Shown here piece after piece: positions 39,601 through 52,633 of a stretch of DNA of 64,000 nucleotides; the first letter of the stretch is position 1; every line of letters starts with the position of its first letter. The position numbers were made by a program, and so were the translations under genes. This DNA comes from Takakia lepidozioides (Eukaryota > Plantae > Bryophyta). The stretch is from the NCBI GenBank assembly GCA_030704615.1, contig CM060731.1, positions 14,384,001 through 14,448,000 of the forward strand. Direction: 5' to 3'. The notes under the pieces were generated by a model. That model was not told the DNA's origin and searched no databases. It was given only the letters and a program-made list of their open reading frames with translations.

Positions 39601-40591
39601 TCTCTCATGTGGAGACCGAATAACCTGCTCAGCATGTACCTTATATTGATAAGAAAGAGAGAAAGGGAGTGAGAGAGGGAGAGAGAATGTACTCATGAGA
39701 CTCTTTTGCCGTAGCCTTCAGTTCGGGCGGAAATATAGGGAACAGGTGCTACCTTAGTGAGGGACTCACTCCGGCAGTGTGGTTTACTACAGGCAATGTA
39801 ATTAAAACATCAGATTTTAGTGATCCTACATCTGTCAGGTGAGTATGGAAGTTAAGCTTCTTGTGGAGAAGAAATTCCACAGTGATGATAGTATTCATGA
39901 CAAAGTGTGGTTCAAAACTAATACTTCTGTAGTTTGGAAATTAACTTGGAAAACAGAACCTATAAATTTCACCAGAAGTTAAATTCCTTTGTCGAAGCAG
40001 ATATTTATAGACCGGGACACGGAGTACCCCTATAAAAGAAGCTATTTCCTGAAGTACAGAAGACTGACAACTCCAGTGTGCTCAAGCAAAAAGCAAGCAT
40101 AAGTCGATGCATACTGTGCAGAAGAATGATTGCCTAACTTGACTGCTAAAGACTTCCACCCGTCAGCATTCCTCACGCCTAAGTAGCATGGCAACCAAAT
40201 GTTTGCACAATTCTCTAAGGATTCAGCAGAAAAGCGTGCAAACACGTCTAAACGATCGCGTCGTCTGAAACCTTAGAAGTCAACTGAAATCAATCGAACA
40301 TCAGACATACTGAAGCTTCGGTCTCAGTCAGAGTAACAAATCCTACCTCTTCTTCCGCTTACTAGATCGGCGCCGTTCACGCCTCTCTCGGCTGCTGGAT
40401 CTCTCTTCATCGCCAGTGCTGTTCGCATCGCTCTCGGACAACGAATCGCCACTACCTGAACCGCTCCCACTCCTATCGCTCGGCAATGGATTCCTTTCGT
40501 GCCTGTGCCTCTGCTTCTTTCCCTTGGAACGGCGATGGTGGTGCTCGGGCTCCGCCTCGTGCGATGGTGTCGGAGACGATGAGGCCGCCAT
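36618..40591 (-). CDS. Small Ser/Lys/Arg/His-rich protein with conserved C-terminal motif (probably nuclear; function unknown)
   Basis: Phase-consistent exons 40591-40347, 39021-38940, 38764-38702, 38212-38171, 37843-37787, 36710-36618(TGA). C-terminus GPVQLSKFLGRDKDDGIRRSVVSGKKIQMKVEKTKEDKLAESNRSELLKFLNASYD resembles a conserved plant uncharacterised family. Confidence 0.88.
39476..39782. repeat. Two diverged SINE-like copies, tail-to-tail inverted, in intron 1
   Basis: 39476-39606(+) and 39652-39782(-) align (ccacact..agtgag.ccctc..aagg.ag...aaggctacgg...agtct.atgag.acattct) and end in (CT)n tails. Confidence 0.78.
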
Positions 40592-40966
40592 CGCCAGCCC
40601 TGCGTTGTGAGCAGCAGAGCAAGAAGAACATGACGACGGGCTCAAAGGAAGCAGAGAACAAACTTTCCGTTAACAAACATCTCGTTACCGTAAAGCTCCA
40701 ACAGCAGAAACGTTTCTTTTCCCTTTAACAAACATCTCGTTAACGTAAAGCTCCAACATCAGAAACGTTTGGGAGCTTCCCGTTTGTAAATGCGCCGAGA
40801 GCTTTGCCTGAACGGCCCCTCATACTGACCTTCTTCCAGGTGGAGAGTGAAAGAACCAGCCATGGATGTGCGGGGATTCACTTGACAAGATAAAGTGATC
40901 GAGGAATCTTGTGGTGATAGTGAAGAAATTGGTCCTATTTGAGTCTGACTTCGACGTCATTGCACT
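40592..40966. promoter_or_regulatory. Putative bidirectional promoter with a 46-bp direct duplication (period 55)
   Basis: Divergent ATGs at 40591(-) and 40967(+, inferred). ttaacaaacatctcgtta(c/a)cgtaaagctccaaca(g/t)cagaaacgttt at 40670 and 40725. Confidence 0.55.
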
Positions 40967-43900
40967 ATGAAACCTGTAAGTCACTATGTGCCATGGTCTT
41001 GGTGATTCCTTGGCTGCTCAATTGTGTTATGTTGAGAGTTGGTGTACTGGTGAAGTGGAAATATTTCTGTTTGATAGTTTATCTCTTGCTGTAAGCTGGC
41101 CCGGCTAATGTTCAAATCCAATAGACATAAACTCGAGAATAGCATTACACAAATTGCACTATGAAGAAAATGCTTTGGCAGTCCTAGTCTAACGTTATAA
41201 AGCTTCTTTCTTCTTTTGACATAATCAAGATAGTTAACCAACACTTTTGTGAGGGAGGAAAGATTTTCGTAAGGTGAATAATCACAGTGAGATCACTTAT
41301 GTTCAGTTCGGGAGGTACAAATGTGACTGTATAGTACGATAATGACTATAAAACGCTAATCTACAGTACACTCTGGTAATTTTAGACTCGAATTCACAGT
41401 ATGATGAATCCACCAGTTCAACACAGTCTCCGTAACCAGTAGCTGGACCTAAATCAACGTCAATTATTGAGCACAAGTGTAGTAGGACATCACGCTGCCA
41501 GGGGCCGTTGCACAATTGTCGGAGTTAACTTGACTCAGGTTCGCGTAGTTAGCTATGGAGGCATTTCTGTTGATTGCTGATTGTGAGTCCAAGACTTTAT
41601 TATGGAAAAAGGCAGTATAAGACTCTAGATCACAACAAGATGAACATATTATTATGGAGTGCAGGAAAATGAACTGGTAAAATGTGATAAATGTGTGCAC
41701 AATCTTTCAGCCCTTAATTTTGGACATTGATGTGGTTAGACCTTCCTTATATTTCCATGATTCATCCATTTTGTCCAGATTTTGGGAAGGGAAGCCATGT
41801 GAGATGCTGGGGCAGTTCATGGTTAGCCACAGGTACTGGCTGGAGTAAGTTTGTTCATATTATTGGATAGCCCAAAATGTGCTTTTCGGGGTGTCTTTTG
41901 AAAATCCTGGACCAAGTTTCATAATCTTTCAATGCAGAACAACAGTCAAGCTCTCATTAATTTCTGCCATAGCTATGGCAGTGTACTGGTGTTATGCAAT
42001 ATGTTTGTGGTTCCCCAGCTTATGCTACCAGCTGAAGAAGATAGTAGTGTGTCCAAATGCCCTAAAGCTGTAACTACATCAGTCTAGTCTTTGGTATACT
42101 GAGAACTAATACACGCCTGATTTGAGTCTCCACCTAACAATTTAAACCGCTAAGATTGCAGCATGTCATTTAGGCTGTCACAAGTGTGACATTTTATCTG
42201 TCTAGTGAAACTGAAATACAAACCACTGACAAAGAATCTCTTGGATGGGAGTTCTGGTGAGAACAGTTATTTGCATTGCAGTTTGTGAACACCTTTGCTA
42301 GCTTCTGGTGCTCTCCCGTGCCAACCTCGTATGCCCATTCCTCAACCACAAAAAGAAATTCCAGGTCTGGTATCAAGGGTCGGCTATGCTTTGGCCACGA
42401 ATACCCCTGTGCATTCAGAACAGGGAGATTGATTGGTGCGAGAAAATGCAGTTTGACCAACTTCTGTCCTTGGGCGCAGACTAGGTATGTCTTTCAGGTC
42501 TTGGTTGGATTTACGTGCGTGACTTATTCAGTAGGCTGCAACTCAGTAGACTTTATGCGGTATATGGATAAGTAAAGGGTGGAGGATTCAGGAAGACCTG
42601 AAGAAGCGCTGCAGTATTTCTAGAACCATGTGGATATTGTCGAGTCACAACCATGATTGGTCCACCCTTCCAGATTGCACAAAACTTAAGTGTACAAGCC
42701 TGTTCCATGGTTAATGTGCCTAAAAGAGCATCTCAGGGTTATTCAATTGGTGTGCTGTTAACACCCATGACAGATCCAGGAAATCCATATGTCATTGGTG
42801 TATACTCATCCCCCACACTTGGGGACCACCTTGGAGCCAAATCAATGTCTGAACTTACATGTGCCCAACAATTATTATCCATAACTGTCATGGTTTTCAT
42901 TGATGGTGGATCAGATTGCCAGCAGGTTACAGACATTGCATCAACATTTACTATTTCGTTCCCTTCTCTATTGGTTTATGGTATTTTTCAGGTAACTCGG
43001 ACAAAGAAGCAAGAAGAGAACTTTTGTGTATGCTCGTAGAGGGTCATTCTAGAGTTGGTTTCACCTGCTGGTTAGAACACCAATGTTCAAGAAAGGTTAT
43101 AGTTGCTGTGGCATGAGGGGTGCAGTGATGAGGTCGTCGAGGAACCTGTGTGGCTTGAGAGGTCGCCATTGGGTGTGTTCCACAACAAGGGCGATATAAT
43201 AGCTGATAAGTACTCTATAGTCAATATGCTGGGACAAGGCGGCGTGGGTACCACCTATGAGGCTGAGACAGAGAAAGGAGAGATGGTAGCTTTGAAAGCC
43301 ATGTCACTGCGAAATATGAAAGGCTGGAAGGTGTGATTTGCAGTCCCTGGGCTAGTCCTCTTGCTGAGTATGCTACTAGGCACTGACAATGCATTTCAAT
43401 GTTCAAAGCAGATATGTGTAATATAGGCTGTCAAATGTTTTTCATGCATGAGATTCAATGAACATTCCAGGCGTTTTTTTCACTTGAGGACAAGATGCAT
43501 CATTACTGTTTGTGGCAGGATCTGGATTTATTTGAGAGAGAGGCAAGAGTTCTCAAGTCCTTGAGACATGCTGGCATTCCGGAGTACATTGATTATTTCC
43601 AGGTTGTCCCAACTAAAAACTCTGGGTGGGGATAGAATGTGCTTTTACTAAGTGACCGGTTCACTTCTTTGTTTCTTCCTTATCTGGGATTACTTTTTCT
43701 CGGGAAGGGGGGAGAGGAAGAAAAAAGAAAAGAAATTTATTGTCTATGGGATGTTCTAAAGGCTCAAGAGACATGAGAGAGAAAGTGGCACTCATGTTTT
43801 GATTTGTCGTTTTGATTCACAAGACACCGGTGTCTGCTCTGGTTGCATCTGTCATAGGTTGACAGTGACTCGGACCGTGCTTTTTACATCGCACAAAAAG

Positions 43901-46900
43901 TTGCCAAGGGCCGGTCATTGGCATCCCTGATTGAAAGTGGGTGGCGCGTGTCTGAAGAGGAAGTAAAGCGCATTGCCATTGAGGTACTCACCCATAGCCA
44001 TTAGTTGCTAGAGGTGTCCTCTTGAATGGTGAATTGGCCTTTCGACTAACAGGTTTGAGGCTCCCAAGTAATATGTAAATTACAAATATTGTTGTGAGAA
44101 GCTCAATTTCACTATGTGAGTCAGCTTCCCTGTCTGTAGTATGGTTTGAAGATTTCTGCTCCAATCTCAACTGGGTATTGTTATGCAAGGCAGGTTCTGG
44201 AGGTGTTGTGTTACCTTGGAAGTTTGCGACCCCCTGTTATTCACAGAGACATTAAGGTATTTAGTATCAATGGTCACGCTATAAGATCGATCTCCTCTGT
44301 CGCCTTTTCAAGAAGAGGAATGATTTAAGTTACTATATCTAGGAATCTTAGTGCGCCCAGGGGATAGAGATGGGTGGTCATGCACAAATTTGACGATCGA
44401 CTGATTGTGAAGTCCAATTTTTGACAGCCAGAAAACATTATTTTGGACGAAGAATCAGGGATGGTGAAGGTGGTGGATTTTGGGGCAGTACAGGATGCAG
44501 CTTCAGTGACACTGATAGGCAGCACAGTCGTCGGCACGGTGCGGCTTTCTTGCTTTGCTTGAGGTCTCCCTCTATCTCTTCTATTTTCTGTCTGTCATTT
44601 CTCTGTTTGGAACTGTTTGTGTCCCTGGCGGCCATATATGTCTGAAGTCACATATTCCCACTGAGACATCAAGTTCGTCACTGCACTGCCGTACTGAGGT
44701 GCCAAAAATGCCAGAATGGTAGTACCATAGGGTTACTTCTTTGCTTATTTGTGATATTTAGACTAGCTTATTGGAGGCTTTGTGGGTGTGGGGGTGCCAG
44801 TATGGGTACATGGCTCCTGAACAGTTTCAGAATCGAGCAACACTGCAGACTGATCTCTATGGGCTGGGTGGCACCATGCTCTACCTTCTTTCTGGACGTT
44901 CACCCTCCTCTTTTCCTCAGGTACTTGGACACCTGATTTTTTGGTCCCATGTTTCTGGAAAGGCTTATTGTGTAAACTGCTACAAATCCCTTTTGGTGTT
45001 GAAGGTGGAGCTGTGTCAGAAATGTGCAAATGGTCATAGGGGCCACCTTTTTTTGTTGCCCAAGTAAGGTTGACCGTAGAGTATTTAAAGGAGATCCATC
45101 AGGAGGTATGTGCATCCACTCATGCTGCCTGATGTTTTTTCTCAGAGATTCTCATAACCACACCACACTGGAAAGTTTGTGTCGATAAGCTCACTCCAAT
45201 CATTAGTGCAGCTTACTGCAGGCCTGCTGCAGAGCTGAAATACATGGTTGTTTTGCACTTACACAATTTAGATGTTCTAGCCTTCATACTTTTTTCAGTG
45301 TACATATCTGTATCTGTTCTATTCTAATATTGTGATTTTTTATTATAGAGGCGCTTAAAGGTGGAGTTTCAGAATCTTGTGACCATTAGCCCTGGGCTTG
45401 CAGACACCATTGAGCAACTCCTGGAGCCTGCACCTGAAGATCGGTTTCAGGTGGTCTCTGTCCCTTGTTGAAGCGTTGTGATCATTGTTTAAACATCTAA
45501 TAATTTCAATGAGTGTTAATGCAACAATTCAGATCTTTCATTACTCTTTGTTTGGCCTTAACTTCTTCAGAGGGACAGTGCAATTTCACCCCCTCATTGA
45601 ATTTGGCATGTGCTGTTTGTTTGAGGAGTTTTCTGAACATGAACTTTGCAATGTTAAGGAAGTGCAATATGGTTGCTTGCACATGGGACGGAAGCAGCAA
45701 ATTTCAACACATGATGTATTCCCCTGTTCTGATATTTTGGGTTTGCAGTCAGCAGCTGAGGCAATCATTGCTCTCAAGGGGGCCATTGATGTGCCTGCAG
45801 GGAGTCGCCCCAGTGTGGTCCAAGACCGCACCTTAAATTCCAAGCCATCAAGGACGGTTCGAAGGCCTGCAGGGACAAAAGTGGTTAGTAATCAATCTGG
45901 GGATGGTCTGGAGGGATGCAGGTGGAAAAGAGATAGGGTCGGAGGAAGGAAGGAGATATAAACACCCTCGCTGTGCACCTGCAGGGTACAGAGAATAAGT
46001 TCAGTTGTTGTAGTGCAGCTGATGGGCAGCCAGAATGTGAGTGTGCAAATGTCAGGGTCAGGCCAAGTCCAAGGGTTTAACCTCGTCTCCTCTTGGCAGG
46101 CGCTGAAGAGGATAGATTCCAAGCTGATGATTACTATCCCTCCAGCAGGGCTGACTGCTGAGACTGCTGGGACTGGAACCTTCACTGTGGTTTGTTGCTA
46201 TCCCTCCTGGAGAAGTTGTTCGCTTCCAGAGACACATTTACTTCTCTGCTGGTGACCTTGATAGTGAGGCTTCACAAGAGCGCTTGCGCAGTGCAGGAGC
46301 TTGTGCGCAGAGGCTCTCTGCCCATGTGATCCAATTTCAGAAATGTTTCAAAGCACCAGAAATGATAATTGGGTCTGTCATGACAGTGTGGGCTTTAGTT
46401 ACTACTTGCCTTGTCATGGCACGCTACCCTTCTCTTCATACTGGAGAAAGAAAGAACCTTGTTCTGCAACCATGAGTATGTAAGTTTGTTCTGAGCAACG
46501 GGTTGGTTGCCGCAGGCCTGGAATGCATTCCTAGCCTTTTGGACGGGATCAGCAATAGCAGGAGGAGCCCCTCTGTTGTTCACATTGTTTTCTCTCCCCT
46601 TCTGGTTTGTTGGTTTTGGGTAGGTTGTCTACACCCACAAGTAGTCTTAGCCTAAAGCCAGTCATCTGGATTACGTTAGTGTCACAACAGGAACATAAGG
46701 AACCGAGTGGCAGAGTGCACCAGTATCTTCTACATGGCAAATTTCCTTGCAGAGGACTAGGCTCAGAGGGAGGGAGAGAGAGAGAACCACTCCCTACCAG
46801 CATTGTGCAAATGCTTGCTGGTTGGAGCTGGTACTGTAGCTCTAGGCATACTGTTGGCATTCATCCTTAGCCCTGTAATAATGAAAAGCAAGAGTCTGAG

Positions 46901-47625
46901 GTGCTATGCTTTATTTATTGTGCTGGTTGCACATGCCTTGTGTAGAGGTATGGTATAGTTGTATAGTCATTCATATGTTGCTCTCAATGTCTTGTGTTCT
47001 TTGCAGGCTTGCTAAGAGCACCCTGTCCAGTCTTACAGTGACAGTGCACTTAGAGATTGAGGGGCCCCTCTTTTCCATTGAGTGGAGGGTTGGCAGCTTC
47101 TGGAACCATCGAGTTGTGGGAAAGGTTCAAGACATCAGCTCTGTTGGTGTCGTTGTAGAAGGGGTGCGTTTTACGCTGGCACTTATGAGCAATGCATGTT
47201 TCTATCCTATTGCAACTTTTGGGGGTAGTAGTGCTTACTTTGGCATGCATATGCCAAATGTGCTTCTGTAGGAAGCTGTGTAAGATATATTGTTTCCCAT
47301 TGTTCTTCTAAACTGCGAGTGAATGTACAGCCACACAATCTCCTTATGCTACATTGGATATCATCATGTACAAATTACACTCCCTCACTCTGGATTGTGC
47401 GCTCAGGAGCAAAATCGGCGGTCGATCACAGCGGTCAAGCTGGTGGAGGGTGTACAGACGCACAAGTTTGGGGCAGGCCTCGAACCGGTTGAAAAAGACT
47501 GGCTTGCACAAGAAATCAGCTCTTTTTTGCAGCTTCCCCAGCCATTGCCAGGCCCACGCATTTTGAATTCATTGGATTCACGTTCTCAGAGATCAGAACT
47601 CTGGGATGACTGGAATGGAGACTAG
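40967..47625 (+). CDS. Ser/Thr protein kinase of cyanobacterial (Pkn2/Spk-like) type with C-terminal membrane segments and probable transit peptide
   Basis: Exons 40967-40975 (inferred), 42282-42484, 43126-43330, 43519-43602, 43858-43983, 44194-44256, 44428-44538, 44801-44920, 45349-45450, 45749-45883, 46100-46189, 46516-46619, 47007-47163, 47407-47625(TAG). Motifs GQGGVG, VALK, LFERE, HRDIKPEN, DFG, GTYGYMAPE, DLYGLG, PEDRF, and hydrophobic WNAFLAFWT/LFSLPFWFVG. The 5' exons are less certain. Confidence 0.88.
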
Positions 47626-50600
47626 AGGTCAATCCAACAAGTACTCTCCAGTTGCAATGGTGTAGTGGTAACTTGGAATGCAGACTGATGTGTCATATAC
47701 AGTTCTTTTTGTAATTTTAGTTGGAAACGGCCACTTCAGTTTACTGTCCCTCTGATTAGTCGCTCCACATTTTCTTTATGTGCGATATGTATTTGTGTCT
47801 TGTATTGTGACTCTGAATTCTTGTAGATAATCTCCCAGCTGATTCAGGGGTATGCAACCTTTGACATACAGCTTCTCTCCTCCAATAGGGACTTCCACTT
47901 GGACTGGTTGGAATTTCTGAAAGGAGCAGGAGCTTCAATGGTCATGTAGAATGCACAATCCCAGGTAAGAAAAATATCTCCCTGGTTACAATATACTAAG
48001 CAAACAAGCAGAGTGCAAGGTGCGCACTGCACGTCCCATCAAATCCACTCATCCTGCAGAGTGGTAGGAACCACATCAACCAGTCATGTGAATCTGAACC
48101 AGGACCGGAAAGGGCCACTCACTTTCTTCCATGGTGGAATCATCTTTGCTATTCCGAACGACGACTCCCTCTCCCAGACCAACATGGGAGTTAGACCAGG
48201 CAACCCCTACGGACTGCATACACAAATCCAAACATCAAATTTGTCAGCAGATTGGGTGTTTCTCTCCTGCCTTCCTCTCTTCCCCCCTCCCAATTTTCCT
48301 CCCCCCGACCTCCATCCCTCAAAGAGTGCAGAGTGGAGAGTTGCCAGACAGCATTACTTCGACAGTCCCAAGTCGATCTCACAGAAAGCCCAAAGATTCT
48401 CTGCAGGATTGAAAACCGGGTAATGGAGCGTCAAAGTGGGGTTATGCACTTGGAAAGAGTAGCTTGGCCACTTCAATTCACCTTAAGAGGGGATGAACCC
48501 TAGACAAGTGCGTGCACACACTCTCGTCTCAATGTAAGGCATCTATCTAGATAAAGCACATGGCCAAGATGGGAGTGACATTATACAAAAATCACATACT
48601 AAATTCTAAACATATTGAATTGAACATGTGCGCACACTAACCTACAGTGAGAGCTTTATGCACTTGCTTTGGTGAGTGAGGTGTGCGCTGTTGCACCGTC
48701 CGAGGCTGACAGTTGGCTGATGAAGCCAAGAGATCGGGGTCTTGATCGGATGGCCGTATATTCCATTTTGATCTTCTTCCTTCCAAACAGTAGAATGTCG
48801 TCTCTTTCTGCTTTTACTTCGAGTCCAGCTCGAGGGGAGGTTCCCCCGGAGTTTCCTCATTTCCAAAACCATGAAGCCCACAGAGATGTTTAGTGGTCGG
48901 CGACAGACGGTGCACGAGTTCAGTTGACATGAGCATGGCCGGCGGGTGGCAGAAGGCCAGGCGCCGCCCTCCTCGGGGTTCTTAAATGTCAGGATACTAA
49001 ATCTAGATCTTGGTGGAGGCAGAGAGGGCTGAGAGAGAGAGAGAAGACCGTGCCGTATCAATTGCTCAAGTATCTTGAACCTTGGTGAGAGTTCATCAGC
49101 CCGTGCTGATGATTTAGACTTCGATCGAGGTGTCATCTTTCCGCAGGATAAGCGAGAGATCAAGCAAACTCATGCGTCGTGGATCAGTAGCAGGTTGAAG
49201 CGGTACCAGTGGCTATCAGGTACTACAAGGTACTGAGCATCCAACTTTACCCTCTACAGCTAATATATCTCTAGTCTACGTGTCCGTCTCTCTCTGCAAG
49301 TCTGTTAATGTAATGTCAAGATTCTTCAAATTATTTGGGTGACAGCGATTGAAGTGTCACGAAGAAAATCAAGTTCAGGGGTAGATGGATCATCTCACCT
49401 GCAGTGCAGATCAGGTCACTGGCTCAAACTCATATTGCCAGGGCGTAGATCTCATCAGGATGTACAATTTCGCAAGTGATGGACCAGGCTGCACTAGAAC
49501 TCGTAGATATTGTTCATGAATAATTGCTTGAGAAATTGGTCTAAAGTCTCGCTTGAATTGAAATTAAATCAATCAATACCTTCTTTACACGATGGCGTTT
49601 AGCTGTAGATCTGGGCAAACGCTTTGCATGGCGCAGATTGTATTTGAGTGAATATGTGTACGTCTTTGCATCTATCAATTTGGCCACCGGAATGGACGGA
49701 TAAATGATGTTCAACTCTCGAGGAAAGTATAACCTAGGGTCAATTGCACGACAGTCTCTCGTTGCGAAAGCTGATTTGTTCAAAGCTGCTGCTTTGTTTA
49801 GGATTATATGAATTCAACTTCAAGGTTCGGCCGGCCTGTATTCCAAGCGCTGGCTTTGTGAGATGGCTTCCGCGTTGCAAAGAGGCCGATTCATAGTGCT
49901 GAGATATAAGTGTTCCATGATCCCAATTTGGAACCTGTTACATGTACGAATTTTCGGAGGCTCTCTTTGCAAAGTAGACCTATCTCTCTCTCTCTCTCTC
50001 TCTCTCCATCATCGTGGATAGAAATGTCAAGACGCTCTCGTAAATACCTCTTGTCCTCTCTTGTGGCACGTAAATCCCGAAAGTTTGTAATTTCCTTCGG
50101 GCTCTTAAGTTGGGCATACTCACCATGTGGATATCCGTGGGGGATATGTTGTAAGGAATTTCTAATTTCGTCGTGTACTACTATGTATAGATTTATGCCC
50201 AGGGAGTTTGCAGCTTCGGCCGTCTTTAGCGACCTCCGTTTTCTCAAAACGTTCATCAGCGTAATCTTGATCTATAGTCAAATGCGCGAGCTGATTACAC
50301 TCGTGAGCCGAGGAACATTCAAATATCAAGTTGGTGCAACCGGTGATGGTCTACTTAGCGGATGAATTAAACACACTCTAGACAGGGGAAAATTTCGATT
50401 TGCCCCATAAATTTCGACTTTCTTCCGAGTTGCTTGAACAGTTCTCAAAGGACACACCATTTAGGAGATCCTGTCAAAGCTGTACGTTTGAGCTTTATCC
50501 AGAGTTCTCGGTGAGTTGTGCGTCTCTCTCGGACTGCTACATCAATCTCTGAAATCAGAACCCAGAAATCGGACCCAACTCTTGTGTTCTCGAGAACTCA

Positions 50601-51128
50601 AGTGCTTGCGCAACCATCAACCAGTCAGCACATCAAACTTGGGGGCTGCACTGACCAATCTTATACCAACCACATGGGTGCACCCGAAAGGGTATTATTA
50701 ATTATCTCCAAAATTTATGTACCAAAAAATAAAATCGACGCAAGGCCCGAGGCCCCTCTAGCACCTTGTCTGAACGAGGGTGGCTAGTTGCATGCGGCCC
50801 CACCTGCACTCCATGCGCCGCCAGACTTGGTAGTCTGGGTGGCCAAGGGTCTAGAGGGAGCGAATGTTCTACAATGGAGGTAGGATCAGGTAGTGTAGCT
50901 CCCGCTTCACGTTACTGAGCGTTACCAGAGGAAGTAGAAATAAGGTATGAGAGGCGTGAGGGTGGCAACAAGGACCGGCAGTAGGAGGGAGGTGGCCATA
51001 GGGAGGCTCACTATGGGGTCTTGGCGGTAGAGGATGGCTGGGGCTGGTGGCAACTAGGACCAGCAAGAGGAGGAAGGCTTTAGAGAGACTCAAGGTACAA
51101 TTTGTGCAGTACCAAGCTTTTCAGCTAC

Positions 51129-51720
51129 ATAGAATGTACTCATAAGACGTTGTTTGCCATAGCCTTGTGGCCATTGACCCCGCGCCCAGTTTGAACGGAA
51201 CATAAAGGGACAGAACCTACCTCTGTCAGGGGCTGACGTTGGTAGTAAGACTTACCTTCATATATAGAATTAATCCGGGTTTTCCAGATATCCTCTAGAA
51301 ATCCCTTCACACAAGCATCAATCTGCTGTGTGTGATTTGCCAAAAACTAGGCCTCAGAAGGGCCTGGGATTTTGGCTCAGCCTCGAGACTTTCAAAGTCG
51401 GTAAACAAAGGTACAGGCACAATTCCCTTGATAGATTTGAGGAGAGCATCTCTTTGGTGAGTGAACCCCGGACAGTGAATCAGAAAATGAATATTGTCTT
51501 CAGGTTGCCCACACAACGGGTATTTGCACTCTCCCTTTCCTCTCTGCTTCTGTTTGCTGTACAAAGGTAGGCTTCCTGCCCTGAGTCTAAATTTCAGTCT
51601 AGTGCCGAGAGTGGGTACAGCTTTCAGCTACATAGAGCTCCTGCTTTGCATTACCCAAGCACCAATTCGACAAGTCCAAATGTTACTTACAGTATCCATC
51701 ACCTATTTGAAATCAATGGT
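51129..51720 (-). mobile_element. 5'-truncated LINE 3' end (C-terminal CCHC zinc knuckle plus 3' UTR)
   Basis: YPLCGQPEDNIHFLIHCPGFTHQRDALL. The 3' tail is shared with the copy at 1814. Boundary near 51720 approximate. Confidence 0.82.
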
Positions 51721-52633
51721 TTAGTCAGAAGGTAAAGTGCTACCCTCAGAAGCAGTCACACAAGGTGCTAATCTGGCCGTTGTATTCCTGCAGACACAGA
51801 GAGAAAAATTAATACATGTAGAACAAGCCCGACTGCAATATGTTGGTCAATGGAGAAAATATGGTCAAAGGACCTTACACCGTGTCAAGGCTCCCTTTGG
51901 TGTGTTGTGCTGAGTCATTCCCCTTATTAGTCTCACTTCCCCTTATGTTTTGCCATTGGAAGAGAGCCCATTACGGTTTGAGGCTTGTTCTTTATGTCCC
52001 TGGTTTTATGTCCTTGGTGAGAGTGGTTGTTGGGCACGACCCTGGTGAGGAGGGTGGAGGGTAGTGTTATATCTACCAGGGATTTTATGCGGAATGACGA
52101 AATATATGCTGATATTATGTTGCAGATGTGTATGTGACTATGATTTTTCTGCCCAAATTACATCTGCAATGGAGTTCCTTATATGCCAGCACGACGCCAT
52201 ATGAGTCTACACCGATTTTATTAAGGATTCAAGGTGAATACGTGGACCCTTTTTTTATATATATACATGAAAGGGTACTTAAAAAAATCTGCTTATATAC
52301 TTATTTTTTAGGGGTTAACACTTAATACATATAAAAGGGTATTAATATTTTTTAATTTTTTTAATTGAAAGAAAGGGGAAAACTGCCCCATGATTGCATT
52401 GCAGAAGGTGGAGAAAATCCATGAAGGCTTACATAAGGGGACATCCCGGTGACCACAGCACACTAGCTAAAGTAAAAGAGATGGAGAGAAGGGGTTGGGG
52501 GTTTTGGAGGTAGGGAGGGTTGAGAGTTGAGAGGGAGCGAGTGAGCCAAGGGGAGGAGAGAGATGGCAAGCTACTAGCCTGAGGACTTTAATCATACTAT
52601 TTTTTACTTTTTTAAATTTAATAATACTATTAA

